From NCBI GenBank assembly GCA_010909165.1, contig MU008158.1, positions 2,691,478-2,755,477 of the forward strand: DNA of 64,000 nt, in the 5' to 3' direction. Below are positions 1 through 13,469 of the stretch, piece by piece. The notes under the pieces are model-generated. The model was not told the DNA's origin. It did no database searches and saw only the letters and a list, made by a program, of their open reading frames with translations. Position numbers and translations under genes: made by a program. The DNA is from Anthoceros angustus (Eukaryota > Plantae > Anthocerotophyta). The first letter of the stretch is position 1. Every line of letters starts with the position of its first letter.

Positions 1-1390
1 GCAACTTTGTTGCCTCGAACCTCTCCTCTTGCCTCTAGCATTTTGTGGAGGTCGACCTCCCACCGTCTTCGCAATGCAAAGGCAAAGGCCTTTCCAACCT
101 CGGTGGAGATGGATGACCTCAAAGGGATGCCATGCATCTTCAAGCTCCTTGCTTGTGAGAGTCCCTCGGTTTCCCATAAATGCACCAAATAGGTGCTAAG
201 ATAGCAGCCTTGGTCCTTCCTCATCCACAATTTGGCTTGAGGAGCTTCTCTCGATGGTGTATACGCTTCATACATGATAGTCCCCAATCGGCTTGGCTCC
301 CGAAATCTTCCACAAAAATTGGAGGAAGTTGGTGCTGAAATAAGAGTGCGTTGGTAATTTACCAACGGCACAATCTTTGCGAAGAGCCTCCACTTGACTC
401 CTTGATGCTCTCGGTCTTCCGGCCATTCTTGGCGTGGGCCTTCACTCCTCCATCCATCATGTAACTCTGCGGGATGTCGGGAGGCTGTCCTCTTCCTCCA
501 TTCAACCTTTCGAGGAGAGCAATTCGAGCTCTCTTCCTCCGGTCTTCCATACACTGTCGAATACTTCTCACGGTCCAGCGGGATCATCTAGCATTCCTTC
601 GGCGGCGGCTTGATTGATGGAGGTTGATGTAACACTCCTCAATCAATTCCAAATTGGTGTAGGCCCATTGGCGGCCATACACCCATCCTGTGGATGTTCT
701 CCTCCTCCGCCTTGAAATCAACCAAATCTCGGGGTTGGCTGACAAAGCAAGTGAATTGGGGCATCACAAGTTCACCTCCCACGGCGGCGCGCCCTCTTTC
801 TTTCTTCCTTTCCTCTCGCGAGGAGCCCTTGCAGGCGGCTCCTTCCCTTTTCCAGCTCGAGGCATGGCACCTTCCTTACTCCTGCTCTAGCAAGAGGATT
901 ACTTCCCAATTTCAGCGTTGTGTGCTCCAAACTTCCTCAACTCCTTTTCTTCGGTGACTCCGACACAGCACAAACACGTTAGCCACTGTCTTGAGCCTCC
1001 AGGCTGCTGCTTCTCCTTGATTTCTTCTCCAGGCCGGCAGGTGTCGATTTTCCTCCTTCTACTCTCTTTTCCCACCTTGCTTCCGGTGCTCAACTCCGCT
1101 CTGCGGTGGCTCCTTCAATGTGTCTCTTTTCCGGTTGAAGAGCTTCTTGGTGCCACGGCGTCTTCTTGCGCCTCCTCTTTCTTTTCCCGCTGGTCTTCTC
1201 CTTTCCTTGCCGCCTTCCTCTCGTGGGTGTGCAGCGGCATGGCGCTTCTCCTTCGCTTCTTTGCGCTCCGCTCCGGTCTCGATCTCTTGGGGCGAGTTCT
1301 TAGCTCGAAGGAAGTTACGCCCCAAAGCGCACTTTGCCCTTTGGATGGCGCCACACGGCCACACAACCCTAGATTTGTCATCATTCCAAA
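1..1390 (-). pseudogene. Degenerate, probably retroelement-associated ORF remnant
   Basis: Broken minus-strand ORFs rich in K/E/R (1059-1364, 1115-1384, 899-1093, 359-571). A manually read segment, NLELIEECYINL, resembles the LVxEFYANL motif of plant LTR-element accessory ORFs. No RT or integrase motif was seen. Confidence 0.3.
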
Positions 1391-3476
1391 ATCCTAATCT
1401 ATCTATAATACCTATTTTCCTACTCTAATTAATCTCACTAATATATTTATCCTATTGATGAGCATATATAGTGGATATCCCCTATTCTAATTTCCTTTTT
1501 GCGAGATTCGTCGACCTACCACGGTGATGCCTTGACCTACTGGTAGTGTGGCTCGGCGTGATACTGACCTACCGCCCTTGCCTTCTTCTCTCGGCCATTT
1601 CGACCCGTTTCTTTCCTCACGGGATATCCTTTTGCCTTCCTAATATCCTACAACTCCAGCTTCGATTCTTGAGAAAATTTCTGGCATGCTCCTCTTCAAT
1701 CGTTCCAAAAAAAATCAAACTTGTTTCTTGAACTCTTTTGGGTGGTTGCCCAAACTTTTCGTTCCACATTGCTGCGGTGGAGATCGTCTGAGTCATGGCA
1801 AACACGAGCCATCCACCGTCGTGGTACGGAAAAGCGAGTTTACGCGAAAATATTGCGAGATGCATATAGCGGGCGCAAATGTTCACTCAAGTATTTTGGT
1901 AGCATGGTGGTATTCGACCACTTCCATATCGGGAGGTTCATATCGCCGTCGGTCGGTGGCGAGGATCATCGGCGCTTCATCCTCCTTTGGTTGTCCGGTG
2001 ATTCAAGAGGAGAATGTATCGGATTTTGATGAGCGTGCCGCCGCGATCCATAATATGAGTACATGCCTCACGCTCTGGTTTGTGTTTTGCGGATGGCTTT
2101 CGGACCAAGCGGAGTAAAGTCTTTGAGCAGGGGCCATGGTTGAGAAAAGCAGGACGGGCCGGCGGTTATGACCCCAGAACATTGTCGCGGTCGGGACGAA
2201 GACCTCAAGACCCATAAGCGCGACAACTTTGACCCCGTGACACTACCTCGTAGAGCGAATCATTCAAAGTCCATACAAGCGGTATCGACATGATCGGAAA
2301 GATGTTCTGGAACACCTCTCCTTTTTGACATCGGACATGAATTGGCATGCAATAGCGTCCCGTTGGACATCGTATGTCGTACATCTTGGATGCGATCAAG
2401 TATAAAATCTTCTGTCTTGGTCTTTGTTTTGTTCAACGCGGTTTGTGGAGAAGGATGACCAAAGTCGTAATTTTTCTGCCTCGAAGACGAATGACTTCTC
2501 AGCTGACCCACGGCGTCAAGGGTATACTTGCGATCAGGACTTTTGACCGTGGCTTGAGGAAAGTGTGAGAGAGGAGGCATTGCGGGGTTGCGTAACAATG
2601 ATGGACACAAAGTGTTCCACAAAGTGTTACACGAATTTGCTTAGAAGGAATCATGTTGGTTCGAGCATATGCAGGTTAGATTGAACCAAGGATTGGGTGA
2701 GTAGGAGTGGAGTGCAGGGGCCGGGTTAAATCAGCCTTGGCCAGTCCGTCGATGCATCTCGGGGAAGCAGCCAAGCATTGCATTTCTGGGGAAGGAACTA
2801 GGTGCATCTGCGAGGCATGTAGTCAACCCAACAATGCTGATTAGCGCCCCATGATAACTTCTTCTTTGGGAAGCAACCCGTCTTCAAGAAGAGGCATCAA
2901 CAATGCTTCTTCAATGCCGTCAGCGGATGGGGATCAATACTGCCTCGGTTTCCGTCGGTGGCCGGTGGTGTCCATGATACTCTGGAGCCGGGCGTCCAGT
3001 TTCATGGCGGAGACTTGGTGAGCCACTTCCATTTACTCGAAGGTGATCGATCGGGTGTGAGGAGGGCGTCCGGGGCGAACACAGGACAGGGGCTGCGGAT
3101 GGCATTCTACCATGTGATGAGGACAAAGATGCGCGGTTGGAAATGAAGGTGGGAACCACGATAAATTTGCAAGGGGTGAATATACCGTTGGGGGTTGCGA
3201 CTTTTATCCTCAAGAGGTTGCACATGGGTGTAAAACATGCGTATCTGAGGATTTCCATAAAATTTAGCACCAAAACATGGTCTCCACCATTGGTTGCATG
3301 TCTTGGCATCGAACGTCGAAGGGTTTACGCATTCGAACTTTACACTTTCCTTTATAATCGGACCCATGTGGTGGACCATTCATGCCGGTGTTACGCGTTC
3401 TTCCTCCCCTTCAAGTAGGGTTCTAAGGGTGACCATGGACCTCACCTCCTGATGTGGTCCAAGATAGTAAATGGAA

Positions 3477-3524
3477 GGATTTGAGAGGAGGTGGGGGGCC
3501 CTTTCCCCACTCCTCTTCAAATCC
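3477..3524. repeat. GC-rich inverted repeat (hairpin)
   Basis: ggatttga-gaggag-gtgggg...ccccac-tcctc-ttcaaatcc; the arms are near-perfect reverse complements. Confidence 0.8.
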
Positions 3525-4949
3525 GAGTACACGATTGCAGCTCACATGCTCGCTCCCCACTTTTTTGAATGCTCCTCCCTCGTTACGGGCTTTGCAAGGG
3601 TTCTTTGGATAGCTTTATAAATGGAATGAGCATGACATGGATCTATCCCCAGCACGTTTAATTGACGGCCTTTCGCTAACAAGCGCCACCGACAACCGCA
3701 AGGTCATGCATTAACGCCTTTCCCTATCCATTAAAGTAAAACCAAGAATGGCGGGAAGTGCGGAATGTTGGAAGAACGCCGTCTTTACATGAACATAAAA
3801 GCTTGTATCTGTATGCACAAAAGAGAAAAACTCCAAAGGTGTGCCACGGAGGAACTCTATCAAAAATTCATTCGACCCCACGAGACTATGCAGGTAGTTT
3901 CCCTCAAACCAACACGTATTTAATCGCTCTCCGCACATTTTGGGTAAGTATGTTCTCTACCTATTACAGAAGCCCGTTTCTCTCGTGACAACCGTCCCCC
4001 CTCATCCACTCCAGTTACACTCACATGGAGGGAAGCCGAATTCGTACATCCTATTCGTCCCTTTCCTGCCCTATACACTCGGCGGCAGGTTCTATAAATC
4101 CTCGCAATTCATTTAACTTATCCCTGATAGCTTTTTTGTCCACGGCATACAAGTGTTTCCGTGACGTGAGGTTAAATCCGTAGTACAGTATTACCGTTTC
4201 GTTTACATATAGCTCCTGCATATTTTTGGGATATAAACCCTTGGGCCCTTTCTTACTCCCGTTCATGACCGGTTGGTGATTCCGCCCTCGTACTATGTAC
4301 TCTTCCACATACCGCCCTTCAAACGCATCTGTATGCTCGGTTCTATACCAATGGACGAGAAAGTGGGGACGTGGGGCACCTAGTCTGACATCGGCTACTC
4401 TCCCTATCCAAAAAGGTCTGTTGTGAGTGTCTGTGTGGCATGGTGTTGCGATGAACCATCCTTTCTTGATTTATTACATCCCCATTCGAGACGCGCCATT
4501 TCCCTTTGTTCGGCCTAGGTTTTGGTATGCTCCCAAATACATATCCCGTTGTGGTAGGTCCCTCATCAAAGCTTCCTCTAGCAATGCTTCGTCGAGAACA
4601 TGTGAGTGTCACTTCCACATCGATTCTGAATACCATTTCCATGGTTCTGCAAAATAACCCGATATTATTTTCCACAATGACAATCTCCTCTTGGTCCTTC
4701 CGAGCTTCCCACCGGTTATAGCTTCTCACCTCTGACCTCAAAGCGGCCCGGCTTTCAAATGAGCTACTCCTTGATTGGCCTTAAGACCGGATCCGCGCCT
4801 TCTTGTCCCTCGCAATGCCATCGCCGGTCTGCGATAATGGCATCAATGGGGAATTTCAGAACTCTAACCACGATTACATTTCCCAATGAGGCGTCAGTAA
4901 CTTGCTCTGGATTACCGTGACTAGCCCTCTGTCTTGTTTTTCCTCCGAG

Positions 4950-6560
4950 TTATCTTGGTGGTGTGGAGCGATAAATTGTTTAGTCTCCTTACCGCGCGAT
5001 ACATTTGCCGACCTTCCCCTCCGAATAGGCCACACATATGTCCGAAAATGCAACTTAGTCAGCGGTTTCAATTGGTGTGGGAGTGTACGCACCAACTAGA
5101 ATATGAGTCAACTCATCCAATGTGTGTGCTTCCTTGTGTTTCAATGTTTTAGAAACACGAAAAATCGATCAATCGATCATGTGTGTGCCCAACTAGTAGG
5201 AACCCCACCTTCACTTTCAAAGTCCCCATGTCCACAAGCATATTTAAATGCAAATAATAGCTGGTTCTTATTCTCCGGCATGTGTTGTCCAACGCAAGTA
5301 TAAAACTTTGGGCAAGACCCCGGTAACTATGTATAACATCTTGGATAACGCAATAGTCAAATTTGCGTCATTCAAGATTCGTAATGGAGGAAAATCACGG
5401 CTTTATGCGTGTAGTTGTGTATCAAGCACCCCACAACATGATGAAATTGCTTTCCTCTTCAAGGTTCTTGGGCCACCTCAAAAATGGGGTATTCTTTTCT
5501 TGGTCCATGCCATCAATGGAGGCAACATATACTTATGTGGTTCAACGTAGCTTTTCTGCGGTGTTTGCCATCTTTGAACGCTCTGCATATAGTCTCGATG
5601 CTTGTCGAGGCGGCTGGTACTTCCGCAAACAACATCGGATCGGATATTAGATTTTGGACTTTTCCGTCTTTAGAACCCCACCGCCACGAGACACGATCCA
5701 ATTTCATTGACATATTGTCCCGCTCTTGAAGACCACGAAGGATGGCCGCCTCTACATGAAGACATTTTGTTGGTCGCGGCCGCCGGCGGGCGGGGGGGGG
5801 GCGGGCGGCGGTGGCGCCGGAACATTATGCGGTGAGTACATCGGCCCACTCAAAGCCCACTTACGCGTCTAAAAGTAAGTCGCCACGTAAGGGATGTTGT
5901 CGCGTTTGCATACACTCAGTTCAATATCCTCCACCTGGCGCCGGCGGCCGCGCCCCTCTTTCCATTTCACTTGATCTAGAAGTGGAAAGTTTATTGCGAT
6001 TCAAGCGCACCTTGATCCTCTTTGGAGGTGGTATTCCGTATAGTTGCTTTCAAGCCGCGCACAGAGCACGTTGAAAACTGTTGGACTTGGTATCTTCACT
6101 CGGTGAAGTCGTTTTCCTGATTTAAACCATATGTTACACCGCCGCCCGATATGTCGCATTGTCTCTTGTGAGCCCATATCTCCAACCGTGTATGTGTCGG
6201 GAAGATTGAAGACCTCCACGTTCAGCCTTTACGCCATGCTCAAAAGCATTGTCCATCAAGCGATGGCCCCTCTGCGTGGGCGGTCTTACGTATGGGGTTG
6301 GCCTTCAAAGCGTCCCATGGTGCATTATGACCTGCTCTTTAGTTCCTCATACCTTTTGTGACCAATGCAATAAACTCTTCTAAATGCCCGTAAACAACAC
6401 TTGATCGCAGTGTGCCCATGACGCGACAACCACGCACGCCGCATTACCTCGTTGGACATGCATCGGGGTTTGAAATGTCTCTGTTCTTGCCTTCCCATGC
6501 GGAGGAAAGCGATAACGTTGCTCACGAAATTTTTCCTTCGTTAACTGTGCGACACATGTC
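4950..6560 (-). mobile_element. Frameshifted DDE transposase, DUF7869/Sola-like type
   Basis: Manual minus-strand translation gives, in order: CLRAFRRVYCIGHKRYEELK (about 6340-6400), LPDTYTVG, VKIPxxNxFxxCxxC (about 6060-6110), IDGMDQ (5500-5517), HVVGCLIH...NDANLTI, PKVLYLxLDNTCRENKN (about 5255-5315) and VKVGFLLVGHTHxxIDRFF (about 5160-5215). This is the characteristic three-acidic-residue motif set. There are many 1-nt frameshifts and a probable GC-rich intron at about 5770-5865. Confidence 0.75.
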
Positions 6561-7478
6561 ATTGCAACATGGTTTCCGAAACTCAGCCGCGATAACTGCC
6601 CCATCACTTTTCCTCAATGGCACACGACCTCTCCGGCGTCGGGACAAACCGAATCCGCGCTTCTAGGCGCAAGCGTTTCGCTCGACGGTTTCGCAACGAG
6701 CGTTAGCCAAGCTTCTGCACAGGAATATGGGAGGTGTCATGCTCTTCTTCTATAGTGCATATCCTGGTCTCCGTGGGCGGCGTGACTCCATCATTTGCAT
6801 TGAACAATCCGCGTCTAGCAAAGGAGACACAGGCGGATGCGACATCCGCTCCTCTTGTCTTCCGCTTCTTTTTGCGTGCAGAAGGGCTTCCTTCCATGGC
6901 AGCGTACAAATTAAGATTGCGAGGAGTATGCGAGCAGATCGTGGAAGAGCAGGTGATGGTGGTGGCCGCCGTAGCCGACGACATGGGTCAATGGTGGTGT
7001 CTGCACATTCGCGGGCATCCACTCTGTGACACAAACGCCCAAACAATCAAACATTCATTTAGGAATGCCATTCCCTTAGTCTCTTACCGTCAATGTGCAG
7101 ACGGCCTGAGTCCAATGTTGAGAGCACAAGAGCGTTTGCTACGGAAACCCGACTCCTAGTTCACTCGGGCATAGTCCGGTATTGTTCAACATGTCCCCTC
7201 TTACGCATCGTCCCCTTGCGTCGAACTCGGAGATCGAGATTGGTCTTCGCCTTCTTCATCGGGCGATCAAGGAAAGGAGGTCACCGGTATGAAAACAAGA
7301 AACGGAGGCGGTGGACTTTGCAAAGTCGTCAACACCTACTTCATCGTCGGAGTATGTATGCATGCTCTCCGAGATTCCGCCGGTGAGGGACTCGGAAAGC
7401 ACAGTGAAGCGGTCGCTTCTCCGCTTCATCCTCATCCCCCTAGTTCAAGCTGGGAGAGGTTAATCGAGGTCGCCTACT

Positions 7479-10322
7479 TATGCCGGACCGCAAGGCGGTA
7501 ATTACAGCCGCCCATTGAATGCATTCGCCGCCTCACGGTAGCCAAATCTATCGGATATCACATATACAATACAAACCGTTAGACACCGTGGCTTGATTGT
7601 GCCCTAAGTACGGATTAATGGTACAATCGAAGACATGGGAAACCCTAAACTATTCGAGTCGGTGTACATATTGATCCGAGATCGAACCGCCGTTCATGTT
7701 CGCGGCAGTTTACGTCCGGCGACTATCCGCTGGTTGGGCGTGTTCTTGCGCTTCCTCCCACATCCGGCGGTGAATTCAAGCGCTTTCCTTCATCCTTTGC
7801 ACGCGAAGAGGTTCGCGATTATCCACCTTCACGCTATTCCATTTCGCCTCTGCTGACCTCGGTATGTATTGTGGTTTCGCGAGGAGGCAATGGCGATGGG
7901 AAGGCGAAGCAAGAAAGGCGGTGGCGTCTGATCCGCCTGCGAACCAAGAAAGGAAGGCGGCGAAGCTCAAGGCGGGAGGAGCCGAGTGACCTGGGATTGC
8001 CGCTCCCAATTCCGCTCCTGCCCGGTTGCGCCGCCTGTCGGGAGGTCCGGTGGTCGGTCATGGCGGCGCACGCGCGCTGTGAGCCACCGTGCAGGAAGGC
8101 AAGCACGACAAGAGGAGATGGCGGAGGTGAGCGTTGGCACGAAGAAGAAGTCTGCCTCCTATCCAATCTCCTTACTATGAAGATACAATGCACATCAAGC
8201 GTATTTACGGCTTGACCAATTGAGGTTAGGAGAAGGATTGGATCTTTGATGCGAGGAAGAATCGGAAAACGATGGCACCATGTGACGCCGCTATACAAGT
8301 GGGTTATGGGGTATAAGCATGCCATGCCGAATCAAAGAGCGAGGCGGGTTATTTGGGCAACCTTGGATATGTCAAGAGGAGAGCTGAAGGCCACATCATG
8401 TGTGTGACGAACGAGTTCGATACATTGCCACGGAGGTGGACATGTATAAGATGTTTCACGTGAGCTTCAATGGTCTTGTTATAAAAATGTGAGCCATCCA
8501 ATGGTTCAAGTGTTTGAGATTGCGAGGCGAGCAGTAAGGATTCGGACTTTAGCGAATGCGTGTTTATCTTCATCGAGCAATGTTCACGCATAACTTTTGT
8601 TTTCTAATCTTACATTACTGTTTCCCAGTGCCCAAGTAGGAAGAGCTTTCATTGTTACGTGTGCGGAGATCACCGCGATCTGTCGGAGCAGGAGGGTTAT
8701 GACCGTAAGGCAGACGCCTCACCAAGATGTTGAGGATGACCCACCCAGCCATGAAGGGAGTGAATTGGGTCCGAAGATGAGGATGATGGGCGATTCCGGA
8801 TGTTCTTGGTCATTCGGATGATGAGTTGGAAGAGTCCGATGCAGGAGAGCAAAGAGATGCGGACATATTGTTGATTGTTATGCACACCGACCGCAAGGCA
8901 AGAATTGCAACGGCCGCCCATTGAATGCATTCCGCCACACCGCCAAATCTACGGATATCCTGGCATACTAATACAAACCGTTAGACACCGTGGCTTGATT
9001 GTGCCCTAAGTACACGGATTAATGGTACAATACGTGAAGACATGGGAAACCCTAAACTATTCTGAGTCAAGGTGTACATATTGATCCGAGACTGAACCGC
9101 CGTTCACCGTTCGCGAGCGCAGGTTTACGTCCGAGCGACTATCCGCCTGGTTGGAGCGTGTTCTCGCTGTTGCGCTTCCTCCCCACATCCCGCAGTGAAT
9201 TCCGAAGGCGCTTTCCTTCATCCTTTGCACGCGCAGAAGAGGTTCGCGATTATCCACCTTCACGCTATTCCATGCCTCGCTGACCGACTCACCTGTATTG
9301 TGGTTTCGCGCAGGAGGCAATGGCGATGGGAAGGCAAGCAAGAAAGGCGAGGTGAGCGACGGCCTCGATGCCGATCCGCCTGCGTAAACCAAGAAAGGAA
9401 GCAGAAGAAGCCTCAAGCCGGGGAGGAGCCGCACCATGCCAGAGGATTGCCCGCCTCCCACCTGGGCCTCGTTGCGCCCGCCTCAAAGAATCGTGGAGGT
9501 CCGGTGGTCGGTCATGGCGGCGGCACGCGCTGGAGCCACACGTGGAAGGCAAGCACGACAAGAGGAGATGGCGGAGGTGAGCAGTTGAAGAAGTCGTACT
9601 GCCTCTATCCAATCTCCTTACTATGAAGATACAATGCACATCAAACGATCGGCCCAATTGAGGTTAGGAGAAGGATTGATGTCAGGAGGAAGAATCGAAA
9701 ACGATGGCACCATGTGGGCCGCTATACAAGTGGGTTATGGGGTATAAGCATGCCATGCCGAATCAAAGAGCCGAGCGGTCATTATTTGGGCAACCTTGGA
9801 TATGTCAAGAGGAGAGCAAGGCTACATATGTGTTAAACCGAACGAAGTTCGATACATTGCCACGGAGGTGGACATGTATAAGATGTTTCACGTGAGCTTC
9901 AATGGTCTTGTTATAAAAATGTGAGCCATCCAGTGGTTCAAGTGTTTCGAGATTGCGTACAGAGCGAGGTGATTCGGACTTTAGCGAATGCAAGGTTTTA
10001 TCTTCATCGAGCAATGTTCACGCATAACTTTTGTTTTCTAATCTTCCGCTCGCTTTCCCAGCCGCCCAAGTAGGAAGAGCATCTGCCTGCGGAGATCACA
10101 TACCGCGGGCCGGAGAGGGGTTATGACCGTAAGACGGAGCACTGCTCACCACCAAGATGTTGAGGATGACCCACCCAGCCATGAAGGGAGTGAATTGGGT
10201 CCAGAAGATGAGGATGATGGGCCGATTCCGGATGTTCTTGGTCATTCGGATGATGAGTTGGAAGAGTCCGATGCAGAGGGAGAGCAAAGAGATGCGGACA
10301 TATTGTTTGACTACGATATGCC
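7479..10322. repeat. Tandem duplication, two copies of about 1.4 kb
   Basis: gaccgcaaggc...gccgcccattgaatgcattc...aatacaaaccgttagacaccgtggcttgattgtgccctaagtac starts at 7486 and again at 8889. The copies stay collinear to gacatattgtt (about 8865 and 10300) and differ mainly by small indels. Confidence 0.9.
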
Positions 10323-12830
10323 TGGGCAGTCCATGGAGGTCCCCACAGCCCGGTATGATCCGCAATCAGGAGGAGGGCGCCGGCCGGCCGGCGCCCTCCA
10401 GCGAGAGAGGTGCCAGACTGGTCACGCCGAATCAGGCGGTTTGTCCAGTTCGAATGCATCGATTGGGTTGGGGCGCCGGCCGGCGCCGGCCTCAACAGGC
10501 GGGCCAGCTGAGGCTGCCCTGAGCGAGGATGGGGGCGCCGGCCGGCGCCCTCCAGCGATTGTCTTGGGAAGCGGAGTCACAGTCCACGGATCCGGTGGGG
10601 TCATTCGGGGGCAGGGAAAACCGAGACGGGAAGAGGAGGAAAGGCGGAAAGTCGCTGGCGATGGAGGGTGTCTTGAAATCCGGACGGTTCATGTCGCGGA
10701 CGAGGAGAGGAAGGCGCTATCCGGGGAGGACCCGGCACGCATCGGGAATCGCTACGCCAAGAAGGTGGTGCAGGCAGTTCTCGTGAAATTGGAGAATTTC
10801 GTCTGCGTCGCACACTGGCGCTCAAATAAGAAGGGTGGACGAAGCATGGACAAACTATTTGGCACGGGTGATCTCGAAGGGCGAATTGAAGAGGGGTTTT
10901 ACCTGCTGTGCATGATAGATCCGACGGAATGCCCGATCTCGCCACTCGTGGAAGAAATTGGGGCAAAGACATATGTCATGGGTGTCTGGTGGGAACCACA
11001 TATGCAGCCATGAAACATTTGGCGAGATCTCCACGGGAAAAACGCTTCCAATATGTGGAGGCACATGTGTGTGGCCTCACGAGGAGATGAGAGTCCTGTG
11101 GATCACAATATTATGTCGGACAAGCGGAAGATGTCTTTTATAGAGCAAGTCGGTACCTCGGGGATGAATTGTTGATTGCAGCGAAGGGGTTCAGATGGCG
11201 ATGACTTGGAAATTCAACTTATACAAGGTTCGGACTTATTGAGGATGATGAGGCCCGTACGACGATGTATACAAACAAAACAAGGTGGACAACAGGACTC
11301 ATATCTTATGCATAGCGGAGGGCAAAGTCCGGGAGAATGTAGACAAGATCTTCTCAAAGTGGGAAGGCGGTGACTGCCAGGCGAAGAGGCAAGCAGTGGG
11401 CACAAACAAGAAGGGAAAAGGAAAGCGAGGGTTGGAAGAGTCAAGAAAGTGGATGCAACGTATGTAAAGCCGAAGACATGTTAGAAGCCACAAGTCGCTC
11501 AAGGTATTCCAATGGTGATTGTGGCGATTCTCATATCCGCGACGAGAAGGTTTTGGCCGGCCTTATAGATTTGAAAGGGATGGATGACGAAATTACCTTG
11601 CGAAAAAATTCCACATCATCCAAGTTGCTATGGCCAAACACTTGGGATGCTCATCGTTCGAGGAAGTCCGCTAGAATATCCTTATCACTCTCGTGAAATG
11701 CTTGCGCGGTTTGAGACTCAATTCGCGGAAAGGTACGGTTGTCTCGGTTGTTATGTGTTTTCCTACGCTTGGTATGCATGTGTGGGAGTGGGAAGGGTAG
11801 GCGGGGAGGCGGCCGGCCCCTTCCTTCCCACTTCCCACACATGAGTAGGCGGTCACCACCTTCTCAACCCCTCCCTTGGGCTGTGGAGAAGGGTGGCGGC
11901 CGGCCGGCCGCTGCCAACGTGGGACCTTCGGTTCTAATGCCTTTTGTGTTCAATGGCAGAATCAAGGATGTGGACAACCTCACAAAATTACGGACGATTT
12001 CCAACATTTTATCTTGAAGTGAACAATTGGAAGGGGCTTGAAAATGAGCAAAGAGATTTGGCGGACAAAGATCCGAAGCCGGGCTTTTCAGATTCAATGT
12101 CCCCGACATAACGAGTTCGATATCAAGTCGAAAGCGTAATGTCCCGGATATGCGGGGTTATTTGAGAGGACGAAACTATGCCCATTGATCATGGATGTCC
12201 CCGAGGTTTTGATATAGGATCTATGGACAAAAGGATGGACATCACAAGTATGAGTCTGATGTTCGAGCTTCAGAAAACTACATGCGAGGAGTTCCGGATT
12301 ATCGTTATGCATGGTGTGGAGGAAGCGCTACGGTGAGAGTCTCTAAGGAAGTGGTGCGAGAGGAGGTATGGTATCATTTGTATGGACAAGACAAACATGA
12401 GCAATGACAAAGGAGGGTTTGAAACCGTGGAGTACGTGATGGGGTGGTGTCTGAAGGACGGGTGTTCCAAGGATAGGGCCACGATGATGCCGAATGCCAT
12501 GGATGGCATGTTTAACAATGGGAGGACGGTCATAGCATATGACACTGTGGTGAAAAAGCAGGTTTACCTGTCTAATGACAAGCTAGTGGTATGCCCGTAC
12601 CAAAGGCCGCTGGGCCTTATGATGAAGCTCATAAAAACATTTTCGAAGGAAGGGGACTGGGTGCTTGATGCATGCTCTTGGAGCGGAACGACCATTTTAG
12701 CGCCTTGCTTTGTGGACGTCACTGTATCGCCATCGAGGCGGACTTGAGGTGTGCAGGCTATATTCCGCAACGCATCCATGGGCACGAGGTCCCCGCGCAA
12801 AAGAAGAGCTCACTTTGAGCCTCATCGGAG
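10123..12830 (+). pseudogene. ParB/Srx-like domain plus beta-class N4/N6 DNA methyltransferase, paralogue A (frameshifted as assembled)
   Basis: ORF 10123-11013 leads into YVMGxGGNH (10988-10999), then across frameshifts YAAMKHLA...GLT.EEMRVL..DHNIMSDKRKMSFIEQV. Next come LIMDVP(R)G (12194-12207), DKTN...ETVEYVM, CPYQRPLGLMMKLIKTFSKEGDWVLDACSWSGTT (12592-12693) and, after a frameshift, ALLCGRHCIAIEAD. A probable intron lies at about 11732-11958. Confidence 0.75.
11777..11843. repeat. Inverted repeat inside a probable intron of paralogue A
   Basis: catgtgtgggagtgggaagg...ccttcccacttcccacacatg; arms of about 20 bp. Confidence 0.8.
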
Positions 12831-13469
12831 GCCCCTCCGATTTTGGGCGAAGGAAGTATGCATCGGTGAGAAGGATGGTTTAAAGGCTCGGTGGTTCCCT
12901 CACCGCGAAAAGAATGATGAGGACAACTAGAGAGCTCTTAGGCGTGGGACAGCGGACTTTGAATCTTTGTTTGGGAGCAATCTGCTGGGGGAGTCGAAGG
13001 TGAGCAGGCAGTGCAGCCGAGCCACGAAAATAGCAGTTCGAGGAGGAGATGGAACGATTGCGCAATGTTGCGGTGGTTATGGATTCGATGTCGGCTCGGT
13101 AGCCGGATGAGTCGCAGTGAGCCCACCTCATATTCCTCCGATTTAGAGTAGGTAGGTTGAAAGTATAGGTCCTACTTAGGAGGGATCACATTTTTTGTTG
13201 TATGTAAATGACCGTGGTTGGGACATTGAAGTCAATGGCTTGGAAGTTGAGATAGACGTAACAGGGGGCCGGCCGGCCAGCGCCCTAACAGAACAATGAA
13301 CTGGAAACTATGTTGTATGCATGTCGCGTCCCACTGTATGAACTTCTGAATTTCCCCGCTATTTTCAATATAACGTCAGAAGGCGGTTTCCGAATGGGGC
13401 TGCATTCGTGCAAGAGGGTCCGACCCCAATCGAAGAGGGTTTGTATATTCACCCCCTTGCAAATTTATC

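Noticed and set aside
1500-1570. tRNA primer-binding site and LTR boundary
   Set aside because: There is only a partial resemblance to TGGTATCAGAGC and no matching second LTR was found.
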